From positions 1-32,435 of the forward strand of contig VBKA01000069.1 in NCBI GenBank assembly GCA_005879815.1: a DNA stretch of 32,435 nt, written 5' to 3'. Position 1 is the first letter of the stretch. Each line of letters starts with the position of its first letter. The notes under the pieces were generated by a model that saw only the letters and a list, made by a program, of their open reading frames with translations, was not told where the DNA came from and ran no database searches. This document shows positions 17,600 to 25,430 of the stretch, piece after piece. Source of the stretch: Chloroflexota bacterium. Its GTDB lineage: Bacteria > Chloroflexota > Limnocylindria > QHBO01. Made by a program: the position numbers and the translations under genes.

Positions 17600-17629
17600 T
17601 GGTGGGCAACCCGGAGCCAGCGGATCGAG

Positions 17630-18946
17630 TCAGCCGAGCCCGCCCTCGAAGGGGCTGAGCCATGTCGGTTCGTGCGCAGTGCCCACGTAGCGCTGCGGAT
17701 CGAACGGATTCAGCGGGAGCGTCCGCGACGCGCCGGTGGTGATGAGCTCCGACACGAGTAGCGCCAGGATCGACGAATAGGGGAGGCCGTGTCCGGTGAG
17801 GCCGCAGACGAGGTACCCGCCCGGCAGCGGAGTGCCGTCCGAGGCGGGAAGCGCGCCTGCCATGGGGATCTCCAGCGACGCGAAGTCCAGGAGGCCGGCC
17901 CATGCGCGGACCACGCGCGCGTCACGCAGCGCTGGGTGGAAGCGACCGAGGAGGCGTGCCAGCTGCGGGACGATCTCGCGGCGCGTGGCCATCGAATAGG
18001 TCCCGATCCCCATCGCTTCGTCGGTCGCGGCGTGACCGCCGATCAGCAGCTCGCCAGTCGGCTCCTGGCGCCAGTACTCGTTGCAGTGGTTCGTCTCGAA
18101 GCCCTGGGTGAGCAGGCGCGGCAGGCGCTCGGTGACCATCACGTGCTCGCGGATGGGCGTCAGGTTGGCCGCGATCGATGGCACCAGCCACGGGGTCCAC
18201 GCGTTCGTGGCCAGCAGGACCGCGCCGGCCTGCACTGTGCCGTGCGACGTCTCGACACCCCACACTCGCCCGCCCCTGGCGACGACGCTCTCCACCCGTA
18301 CTCCGCGCACGGTCCGCGCGCCCAGGCGATGCGCCGCCTCGAGCAGGCCGTACACCAGCTTGAACGGGTTGAGCTGGCCGTCGCCGGGCGTCCACTTCGC
18401 ACTTCGCGCCTGGTTAAGGTCGAGGGCCGGCGCCATATCCCTCAGGTCGTCCGGCTCGAGGATCTCGACGGGCAAGCCCTCGGCGCGCTGCAGTTCGGCC
18501 ATGCTTCGACCATCGGCCGCCTGTCGTTCGTCGGTCAAGAGGTCGAGCGAACCACAGCGCTCCCACTCGATCCCGCCGGGTAGCCGGGCGTCGATGTCCT
18601 CCAGGAGGTCGAGCGAGCGGCACGTGTAATCCGCGATCGACCGACCAGAGCTCGCACGGACGAGTGCGTTCACGCGTTCGAAGTGGCCCCCCACACCTGC
18701 CAGCGCCAGCCCGCACAGCCGCCCCGAGGCGCCGGAGGCGGGCGCGTTGGCCTCGATGACGAGGGGACGCATCCCGGCGCCGGCCAGGTGGTACGCCGCC
18801 CAGGCGCCCACGAAACCGGCTCCGACGACGATCACCTCGGCGCTGCGCGGCAGGTCGGCTCCGGGATCTGGCTGGAAGCTGACCCTCTCCGGCACGGGGA
18901 AGAATCGGCTCCCGCCCGCGCCGAACGCAGCCGACGTCACGGGCAT
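17630..18946 (-). CDS. FAD-dependent oxidoreductase, DadA/SoxB (D-amino acid oxidase) family
   Basis: VIVVGAGFVG, ASGASGRLCG, DGQLNP, VLLATNAW, RAWAG and CGLTGHG. The start was re-called at ATG 18946 (GTG 18895 is an alternative). Substrate unknown. Confidence 0.88.
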   Translation of the reverse strand: MPVTSAAFGAGGSRFFPVPERVSFQPDPGADLPRSAEVIVVGAGFVGAWAAYHLAGAGMRPLVIEANAPASGASGRLCGLALAGVGGHFERVNALVRASSGRSIADYTCRSLDLLEDIDARLPGGIEWERCGSLDLLTDERQAADGRSMAELQRAEGLPVEILEPDDLRDMAPALDLNQARSAKWTPGDGQLNPFKLVYGLLEAAHRLGARTVRGVRVESVVARGGRVWGVETSHGTVQAGAVLLATNAWTPWLVPSIAANLTPIREHVMVTERLPRLLTQGFETNHCNEYWRQEPTGELLIGGHAATDEAMGIGTYSMATRREIVPQLARLLGRFHPALRDARVVRAWAGLLDFASLEIPMAGALPASDGTPLPGGYLVCGLTGHGLPYSSILALLVSELITTGASRTLPLNPFDPQRYVGTAHEPTWLSPFEGGLG

Positions 18947-18991
18947 GCGGAGCGCACGGCGTGCATGGGAGGCCGAGTGTACCCTCGTGGC

Positions 18992-19975
18992 GTGTCCGAT
19001 CCGGAGCCGATCCGCTTTCGCGCCGGCGACCTGACGCTGGCCGGCGAGCTGGTCCTCCCGGATCGTGCGCCGACGGATTCCCGCCGCCAGATCCCATGGG
19101 TGCTCCTGTTGCCTTCGTGGCTGCCTCGGGATCGCGACGGCGCCTTCGACGATGGTGCGCATCCGGAGTGGTTCGGCGTCGGACCGATGGCGCCGCATCG
19201 GCCGGCCCTCCTGCGCCGCCTGGCCGGGGCGCTGGCGGAGACCGGGGTGGCGTCCTTCCGCTACGACCCACGCGGCTGCGGGGAGTCGGAGGGCGATTGG
19301 CCGGCGGGCGACCTTTTCACGCGTATCGACGACGCGCGCGATGCGCTCGGTGCGATGCGGTCGCGCCGCGAGCTGGACCTTGCGCGGACGGGGATCATCG
19401 GCCACGGCGAGGGCGCAGTGATCGCCTTATCGGTGGCGATCGCCGATCCGGCGGTCGGCGCCCTGACGCTGATCGGCGCACCGGCCCGCAGCCTGCGCGA
19501 CCTGTTGCGTCGAGGCGCGGCCGCTCGCGCGCGGAGCGGAACGGACCGGGAGCATCCATTGGTTGCCGCCCTGGATCGTTGGTCAGAGGAGCTGATCGAG
19601 CGCGCCGAACGCCGCGAGCTGGAGCTCATCCTGCGCCTGCCCGGAGCGGGTCGGGAACGGGTGACGCTCAACCTGGCCGCCTGGGAGCAGGGATTTCACA
19701 CGCCGGCGATCGCCCTGGCCACAATGCTGCATCGGTCGGTCAATCTGGTGCACGGCGCCGCTGACGCATGGAGCCACCCCGACGAGTCGCGCCTTCTGGA
19801 GTTCGTCCTCGCCGGCGCGGGAAACCGCGCCGAGCTGCGCCCCATCGCCGAGGCCGGACATGACCTGACAGAGGCGCCTGAACGGGTCATTGCAGAGATT
19901 GCCGAGGACCTCGCCGGCCGCCTCGTGACACGGCCGCTGCCCGCGGTCCTGCTGGCGATCCAGGAGATGGGCTGA
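18992..19975 (+). CDS. Alpha/beta hydrolase-fold protein lacking the nucleophile Ser (GHGEG)
   Basis: LAGELVLP, DRDG, SFRYDPRGCGESEG, IIGHGEGA, LVHGAAD and EAGHDL. GTG 18992 lies 6 nt after the -10 TACCCT. Confidence 0.85.
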   Translation: MSDPEPIRFRAGDLTLAGELVLPDRAPTDSRRQIPWVLLLPSWLPRDRDGAFDDGAHPEWFGVGPMAPHRPALLRRLAGALAETGVASFRYDPRGCGESEGDWPAGDLFTRIDDARDALGAMRSRRELDLARTGIIGHGEGAVIALSVAIADPAVGALTLIGAPARSLRDLLRRGAAARARSGTDREHPLVAALDRWSEELIERAERRELELILRLPGAGRERVTLNLAAWEQGFHTPAIALATMLHRSVNLVHGAADAWSHPDESRLLEFVLAGAGNRAELRPIAEAGHDLTEAPERVIAEIAEDLAGRLVTRPLPAVLLAIQEMG

Positions 19976-19994
19976 GGTGACGTACGATTCGCCG

Positions 19995-20471
19995 GTGACT
20001 CGGCCGCAAACCGGGGAGGTTGCCCCGCGCTTCAGCCTGACCGCCGACGATGGCGCGGTTGTGAGCAGCGACCTCCTGGCTGGCCGGCGTTACGTGCTCT
20101 ATTTCTACCCGAAGGACGACACCCCTGGCTGCATGACGCAGGCCTGCTCACTGCGCGACAGCTGGAGCCGCGTCACGGACACAGGCATTCAGCTCTTCGG
20201 CGTCTCGCCCGATTCGGTGAAGAGCCACGTCAGGTTCCGGGACAAGTATCGGCTGCCGTACCGGCTCCTCTCCGACGAGGGCCATTCCGTGGCAGAGGCG
20301 TTCGGCGTCTGGATCGAGAAGACCCTCGCCGGTCGGACCTATCACGGCAACGAGCGCACCACCTTCGTGATCGGTCCTGACGGTCGGGTCGAGGCGGTCC
20401 TTCCGCGCGTCAAGCCCGACGAGCACGTGGATCTCCTCCTCGGCGCTCTCGCGGGGGGCGTGCCCGGATGA
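19995..20471 (+). CDS. bcp: Peroxiredoxin Bcp/PrxQ
   Basis: VLYFYPKDDTPGCMTQAC (CxxxxC), GVSPD, LLSD and RTTFVIGPDG. Start is GTG 19995 (6 nt after TACGAT) or GTG 19977. Confidence 0.95.
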   Translation: MTRPQTGEVAPRFSLTADDGAVVSSDLLAGRRYVLYFYPKDDTPGCMTQACSLRDSWSRVTDTGIQLFGVSPDSVKSHVRFRDKYRLPYRLLSDEGHSVAEAFGVWIEKTLAGRTYHGNERTTFVIGPDGRVEAVLPRVKPDEHVDLLLGALAGGVPG

Positions 20472-20614
20472 TCTGGGTCGCCATCGCCGTTGCACTGGTG
20501 CTCTGGCTGGCCGGCCTGTTGGCGAACCTTGGCCCGCTCGTCAACCTCCTCCTGGTGGCGGCGGCAATCCTGTTGGTGGCGCAGGTGGTCAACGAGCGCG
20601 ACCGGCGCGTCTGA
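20468..20614 (+). CDS. 48-aa two-TM small membrane protein (lmo0937/DUF5670-like), missed by the ORF track
   Basis: Translated by hand: MIWVAIAVALVLWLAGLLANLGPLVNLLLVAAAILLVAQVVNERDRRV. ATGA overlap with the bcp stop. It aligns with the next ORF. Confidence 0.75.
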   Translation: MIWVAIAVALVLWLAGLLANLGPLVNLLLVAAAILLVAQVVNERDRRV

Positions 20615-20696
20615 GCCCTTCGCGTCGGCTGGCACGGCTCGTGCATCTCATCACCTCGACGGCACTCGGGGTGTGCCGATGGAAAGGAGGAACGCG

Positions 20697-20843
20697 ATGC
20701 TCTGGACGATCATCGTCGTCCTGCTCGTCCTCTGGCTGCTTGGCCTGATCGGCGGTATCGGGGCGGGTTTCATTCACCTGCTGCTCGTGCTTGCCCTGAT
20801 CGTGCTGGTCTTCCAATTGCTGAGTGGACGGAGCGTTGCCTGA
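20697..20843 (+). CDS. lmo0937-family (DUF5670) small membrane protein, 48 aa
   Basis: AAGGAGG SD (20684-20690) precedes MLWTIIVVLLVLWLLGLIGGIGAGFIHLLLVLALIVLVFQLLSGRSVA, the typical MLWTI..LWLLG..IHLLLV pattern. Confidence 0.9.
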   Translation: MLWTIIVVLLVLWLLGLIGGIGAGFIHLLLVLALIVLVFQLLSGRSVA

Positions 20844-20869
20844 CGCAGCTTCAGCCTCATGACTGAATA

Positions 20870-20893
20870 GAAGCCGCCCGGATGGGCGGCTTC
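20870..20893. terminator. Perfect 10-bp hairpin, probable terminator
   Basis: GAAGCCGCCC-GGAT-GGGCGGCTTC, 26 nt after the stop. The U-tract is weak. Confidence 0.65.
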
Positions 20894-20904
20894 GCTGCGT
20901 CGTG

Positions 20905-20938
20905 TGACAGTCAACCTGTCATGTCGATCGGCTACCCT
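20905..20938 (+). promoter_or_regulatory. Palindromic operator TGACAG-N5-CTGTCA plus -10 TACCCT (PafBC/RecA-NDp-like spacing)
   Basis: TGACAG 20905-20910 and CTGTCA 20916-20921. The same DNA reads TGTCAT-N10-TA-CCC-T ending at 20938. It lies directly upstream of the Mre11-like gene. Confidence 0.6.
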
Positions 20939-20952
20939 TCCGGCCGATCGGT

Positions 20953-22044
20953 ATGAAGCTGCTGCACTTCGCGGACCTCCACCTTGACGCGCCATTCGCG
21001 TGGGCGTCACTGGAAGGGGCACGGCTGCGGCGACGCAATCGACGCCAGGCGCTGACCCGCATCCTGGAGCTCGCCTCCATCGAAGGGTGCGACGCGATCC
21101 TGGCGGCCGGCGACCTCTTCGAGCTGGATCGCGTTCGGCCCGATACCCTCGAGTTCCTGCGGTCTGCCTTTGCCGAGGTCGGGATCCCGGTCTATGTGGC
21201 GCCCGGGAACCACGACTGGCTCTCGCCGCGCAGTCCGTATCGCACCGTCCGATGGTCCCCGAACGTCCACATCTTCGCCAATGACCAGCTCGAACCCGTG
21301 ACCCTCCAGGATGGACTGACGCTGTGGGGTGCGGCCCATCGTGCGCCTGCCAACACGGCGAGCTTCTTCGCCGGCTTCCGCCCGGGACGTGGCGGGACGC
21401 ACATTGCCGTCGCGCACGCGTCGGAGCGCACGGCCCTCCCGTGGCAGGAGCCCGGCAAGCAGCCCCACGCGCCATTCGAGGCCGCCGAGCTCGTGGAGGC
21501 GGGACTGAATCACGCCTTCCTCGGGCACTATCACGTCCCGCGCGACGCGGAGCGGTATACCTACCCAGGCAACCCGGACCCGCTCGAGTTCGGCGAGACG
21601 GGACAGCGCGGCGCCGTTCTCGTGACGCTGTCGGCGGATGGCACCATCGGTCGCGAGCGACGATCCGTGGCCGTCTCCGAAATCCACGACCTGACGGTCA
21701 CCCTGCATGGGGCCTCCCATGGAGGTGAGGTCGCGCAGGCTGTCGCGCGGGCGCTTTCGGGACTGAATGGCTTCGTCCGGTTGACGCTTGCCGGGGAGGT
21801 TGCGGCCAGTCTCGAGCTTGACCTGACCGATCTGCGCCGGCTCGGAGCTCACCTGGATGGGCTGGCGCTGCGCATTGGCGAGCTCAGGACTGGCTACGAC
21901 CTGGGGGAGATCGAACGAGAGACCACCGTCCGCGGTCACTTTGCCCGCTCCGCATCCGGAATCGAGGATCCCGACCTTCGGCGTCGCGTGCTGTTGACTG
22001 GCCTGCGCGCGCTCGAGGGGCGCGGAGACCTGGAGGTCGCCTGA
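20953..22044 (+). CDS. Mre11/SbcD-like (YhaO) metallophosphoesterase nuclease
   Basis: ADLHLD, AGDLFE, PGNHD, AH, LGHYH and YPGNP motifs. Confidence 0.93.
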   Translation: MKLLHFADLHLDAPFAWASLEGARLRRRNRRQALTRILELASIEGCDAILAAGDLFELDRVRPDTLEFLRSAFAEVGIPVYVAPGNHDWLSPRSPYRTVRWSPNVHIFANDQLEPVTLQDGLTLWGAAHRAPANTASFFAGFRPGRGGTHIAVAHASERTALPWQEPGKQPHAPFEAAELVEAGLNHAFLGHYHVPRDAERYTYPGNPDPLEFGETGQRGAVLVTLSADGTIGRERRSVAVSEIHDLTVTLHGASHGGEVAQAVARALSGLNGFVRLTLAGEVAASLELDLTDLRRLGAHLDGLALRIGELRTGYDLGEIERETTVRGHFARSASGIEDPDLRRRVLLTGLRALEGRGDLEVA

Positions 22045-22045
22045 C

Positions 22046-24604
22046 ATGCGCGTCACGCACGTGGTTGCGCGCGCCTTCGGCCCCTTTCACGGTGAACGGC
22101 TCGAACTGGCCCCGGGCATGACGGTGGTGACCGGTCCTAACGAATCGGGAAAGTCGAGCTGGCACGCGGCCTTGCGGCTGGCGCTCACCGGGCTGCGACG
22201 CGGTCGCGGACGTGCGACCGCTGCAGACGCGGCCCTCTCCGCGCAGCACCGTCCCTGGGACACGCCCGACGAATGGGAGGTCGAAGCCGGGCTCGTCCTG
22301 AATGATGGTCGTGCCATCGAGCTGCGCCAGGATCTCGAAGGAAAGGTGGCCTGCAGCGCCCTCGACGTCGGGCTGGGCCGGGACGTCTCGAACGAGATTC
22401 TCGACGGAACGCCGGATGCGTCTCGGTGGCTTGGGCTGGATCGGGAAGCCTTCGCCGCCACGGTCTCCGTCAGCCAGGCGCAGATCATGGGCGTCACCGA
22501 CGCGGCGGGTGGGCTCCAGGAGCAGATGCAGCGGGCTGCGGCGACGCGGGGCACGGATGCGACGGCCGCTGAGGCTATCGAACGTCTGGCCGACTTCCGG
22601 CGAGATGCCGTCGGCGCGGACAGTGCCAACGCCAAGGGTCCATTGCGCCTCGCGAGGGTCAGGCTCGCCACCGCCCTCGAGCACCGCGACGCGGCGCAGG
22701 CCAGGCACGCCGAGCATCTTGCGGAGCGAGCCCGCGTCGAGGAGTCAGCGCGAACGGTGAAAGAGGCCAACCTGCAGCTCGATCTTGCCCTCGCCGCTCA
22801 AGCTCGGTATCTTGCTGCGGAGAGCGATCGACGAGCCACCCGCGCTTCGGGATTGGCCAGTCGATACCCACAACGGCCAACCCTCCTCTCACGCGAAGGA
22901 GGCGCTGACCTCGTGGTGGCGGCGATCACCGCCTGGGAGCGACGTCCCGCCTCCCCGGAGCTGGTCGGCCCACCGAGCGCAGTGCTCGCGGCCGACCTGC
23001 AGGCGCTGCCGCCTCCGCCGGACGGCGACGTCGCGCCCCATCCACACGTCACCGATGCGCTGCGCGACCTCGACCTTGCCCAAGAGGCGAACCGGCTCAT
23101 GGGCCAGTCCCCAACACCGGATACGCAGGTCCAAACCGACGACCGCCGCGCCGCCCACTCGCTGGTCGTGCCTTCCGCCCTCATTGCTGGCGGTCTGCTG
23201 CTGGCGTGGATGGGACAGCCCTTGCCGGCCGTGGCATGCGTGGCCTCGGGCCTGGTCGCCGCGACGTGGGGCGTCGCCCGTATGCTTGGCGGCCGTGCCC
23301 AGGTCGCGGCGCGCGACAGGCAGGACGCGGCATTCTGGGAAGCGCGACGGCGCGAGCTCGACGAGCGTCTGATCGCCGCGCGCGAGCTCCTCCTGGGCAT
23401 GCTGGCCGAGCGCGGTGCCGTCAGCGGGGGCGACGCGTGGTCTGCCTGGCTGGACTATCGTTCCAGCTGCGAGAGGCGTGCCGAGCAGGCGGCGGCCTCG
23501 GCCACCCGTGAGTCGCTCGGCGCGCAGCTGGCCGCTCGGAGGCTCGCCGAGGCGTCGTTGGCCGCGAGCAGGCAGGCCGTTGACGAAGCCATGCGCGCGC
23601 TACGCGAGGCGGCCGACGCGGTTGGAGTTCCACATGTCGGGGCGGATCCCCCGCAGATTTGCGAAGCGCTGCGGCGCTGGCAGCAGGAGCAGGCATCGGC
23701 GCTGCGGGCAAGCCGGACGGCGGTCGAGGAATGGCACGAGCTGGAAACGCTGCTCGGCGGGGGGACCCTATCTGACCTCTTGAACGATGCGGTGCGGCGC
23801 GCGGAGATCGCCACGCGGCTGGAGGCCGCAGTGGCGCCCGCATCGGCGAGCCTTCCACCAGGTCCCGACCTCGAGGGAGTCATCGACGAGCGGCGTCGTA
23901 GCCTGGCCGCGGCCGAGGCGGAAGCGGCTGAGTTTCGGGGAGCATTGGATTCGAGCGCTCGATCCCTCCCCGACGTCGCCGAGGCAGAGGAGGCAGTGAC
24001 GGCTGCCGCGGAGGAGCTGGCCGGCGTGGAATCCACGGCGCGGACGATCGACGAGACCCTTCGACTCCTGCGACTCGCGCAGGAGCGTGTGCATCGCGAC
24101 CTGGCGCCGATCCTCGCGGATGCCGTGCGCCGGTGGCTCCCCACCGTCAGCGGCGGAGCCTACCTGGACGTCAGCGTCGATCCCGCCGACCTGGCGATCC
24201 AGGTCAAGGAGACGCGGACGGGCATCTGGCGAGAAGCCAGGCTGCTCTCCGAAGGCACGCGTGAGCAGGTCTACCTGCTGCTGCGGGTGGCCATGGCTCA
24301 GCACCTGGTCACCACCGACGAGACCGCGCCTCTCATCCTCGACGAGGTCACAGCCCAGGCGGACGGCGAGCGACGTTCGGCGCTCCTCTCGGTCCTGCAC
24401 GCATTGAGTGCCGAGCGACAGGTCATCCTCTTCAGTCACGACGCCGAAGTCGCCGCGTGGGCAGAGCGTTCCCTCGCCGGACCTCAGGACCGGCTCGTTC
24501 GGCTTCCCTCGATGACGCGGCCGTCGATGGCCTCCGTTGAGGGGGAGCGCACGAGCATTGCGATCGCGAACGGCCTCGCGGCGGAGCCCGCACGGCTGGT
24601 CTGA
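22046..24604 (+). CDS. Rad50/SbcC-like (YhaN) coiled-coil ATPase with central hydrophobic hairpin
   Basis: Walker A GPNESGKS, Q-loop VSQ, signature LSEGTREQ, Walker B LILDE and H-loop FSHD. Two TM-like segments lie mid-protein. Confidence 0.92.
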   Translation: MRVTHVVARAFGPFHGERLELAPGMTVVTGPNESGKSSWHAALRLALTGLRRGRGRATAADAALSAQHRPWDTPDEWEVEAGLVLNDGRAIELRQDLEGKVACSALDVGLGRDVSNEILDGTPDASRWLGLDREAFAATVSVSQAQIMGVTDAAGGLQEQMQRAAATRGTDATAAEAIERLADFRRDAVGADSANAKGPLRLARVRLATALEHRDAAQARHAEHLAERARVEESARTVKEANLQLDLALAAQARYLAAESDRRATRASGLASRYPQRPTLLSREGGADLVVAAITAWERRPASPELVGPPSAVLAADLQALPPPPDGDVAPHPHVTDALRDLDLAQEANRLMGQSPTPDTQVQTDDRRAAHSLVVPSALIAGGLLLAWMGQPLPAVACVASGLVAATWGVARMLGGRAQVAARDRQDAAFWEARRRELDERLIAARELLLGMLAERGAVSGGDAWSAWLDYRSSCERRAEQAAASATRESLGAQLAARRLAEASLAASRQAVDEAMRALREAADAVGVPHVGADPPQICEALRRWQQEQASALRASRTAVEEWHELETLLGGGTLSDLLNDAVRRAEIATRLEAAVAPASASLPPGPDLEGVIDERRRSLAAAEAEAAEFRGALDSSARSLPDVAEAEEAVTAAAEELAGVESTARTIDETLRLLRLAQERVHRDLAPILADAVRRWLPTVSGGAYLDVSVDPADLAIQVKETRTGIWREARLLSEGTREQVYLLLRVAMAQHLVTTDETAPLILDEVTAQADGERRSALLSVLHALSAERQVILFSHDAEVAAWAERSLAGPQDRLVRLPSMTRPSMASVEGERTSIAIANGLAAEPARLV

Positions 24605-24634
24605 TACAGGGTCGGAGAGAGGGCAGCGATCCGC

Positions 24635-24643
24635 TGCTACGAT
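24635..24643 (+). promoter_or_regulatory. Extended -10 (TGcTACGAT) for the PIG-L/PBP operon
   Basis: TGn-TACGAT overlapping the hairpin GCAGCG-ATC-CGCTGC (24623-24637). Confidence 0.45.
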
Positions 24644-24710
24644 GGCTCGGCCCAAAGTCGCTCCGCTCCATCAGCGCATGCCTTCATCAACGACCCGGCT
24701 CACCTGACCG

Positions 24711-25430
24711 ATGGCGATCGACCGATTGCCCGCTCCCGAGCGGGTGCTCGTCGTCGCCGCCCACCCGGATGACATCGAGTTCGGGGCCGCGGGAACGGTG
24801 GCGCGTTGGGTCGATGGCGGCGCCCAGGTTCGGTATCTCCTCGTGACACGCGGCGACAAGGGCAGCGACGACCCATCTGTCGATCCACGAGAGCTTGGCG
24901 AACGGCGCACGGGGGAGCAGCGCGCGGCGGCCGCTGAGATTGGCGTGTCAGGCGTCGATTTCCTGGATGAGCCAGACGGCCAGGTAGAGCCCAGCCTGCC
25001 GCTCCGGGAACGAATCACGTACGCGATCCGCCGGTTCCAACCCGAAATCGTGATGGGCCACGATCCCACCGTGCTCTTCGTCAACAACGAATGGGTGAAC
25101 CATCCCGATCATCGCGCGGTGGGCATGGTCACCGTGGACGCCGTCTTTCCCACCGCTCGCGATCCACTCAACTTCCGGGAGCACATCGACGCCGGACTCC
25201 AGCCCTGGAAGGTGGCAGAGATGTTCCTGTGGAGCACGAACGAGGCGAACCAGCTGGTCGACATCGGGGGCACGCTCGACCGCAAGATCGCCGCGCTGCG
25301 CTGCCACGAGAGCCAGTTCACGAGCTTCACCGAAACCGAGCGATGGCTTCGTCGCACGGCAGAGGAGCTCGGCGAGCGAGCCGGCTATCGAGCGGCCGAG
25401 GGGTTCCGGCGGGTAATGCTGGCGAGATGA
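24711..25430 (+). CDS. PIG-L/LmbE-family Zn-dependent deacetylase
   Basis: VVAAHPDDIE, TRGDKG, NHPDHR, KIAALRCHESQ and AEGF. Confidence 0.93.
   Translation: MAIDRLPAPERVLVVAAHPDDIEFGAAGTVARWVDGGAQVRYLLVTRGDKGSDDPSVDPRELGERRTGEQRAAAAEIGVSGVDFLDEPDGQVEPSLPLRERITYAIRRFQPEIVMGHDPTVLFVNNEWVNHPDHRAVGMVTVDAVFPTARDPLNFREHIDAGLQPWKVAEMFLWSTNEANQLVDIGGTLDRKIAALRCHESQFTSFTETERWLRRTAEELGERAGYRAAEGFRRVMLAR

Noticed and set aside
17630-18946. ThiO (glycine oxidase) assignment because of the adjacent thiamine operon
   Set aside because: It is on the opposite strand, outside riboswitch control, and has no thiS/thiG nearby. Only a family-level call is supportable.
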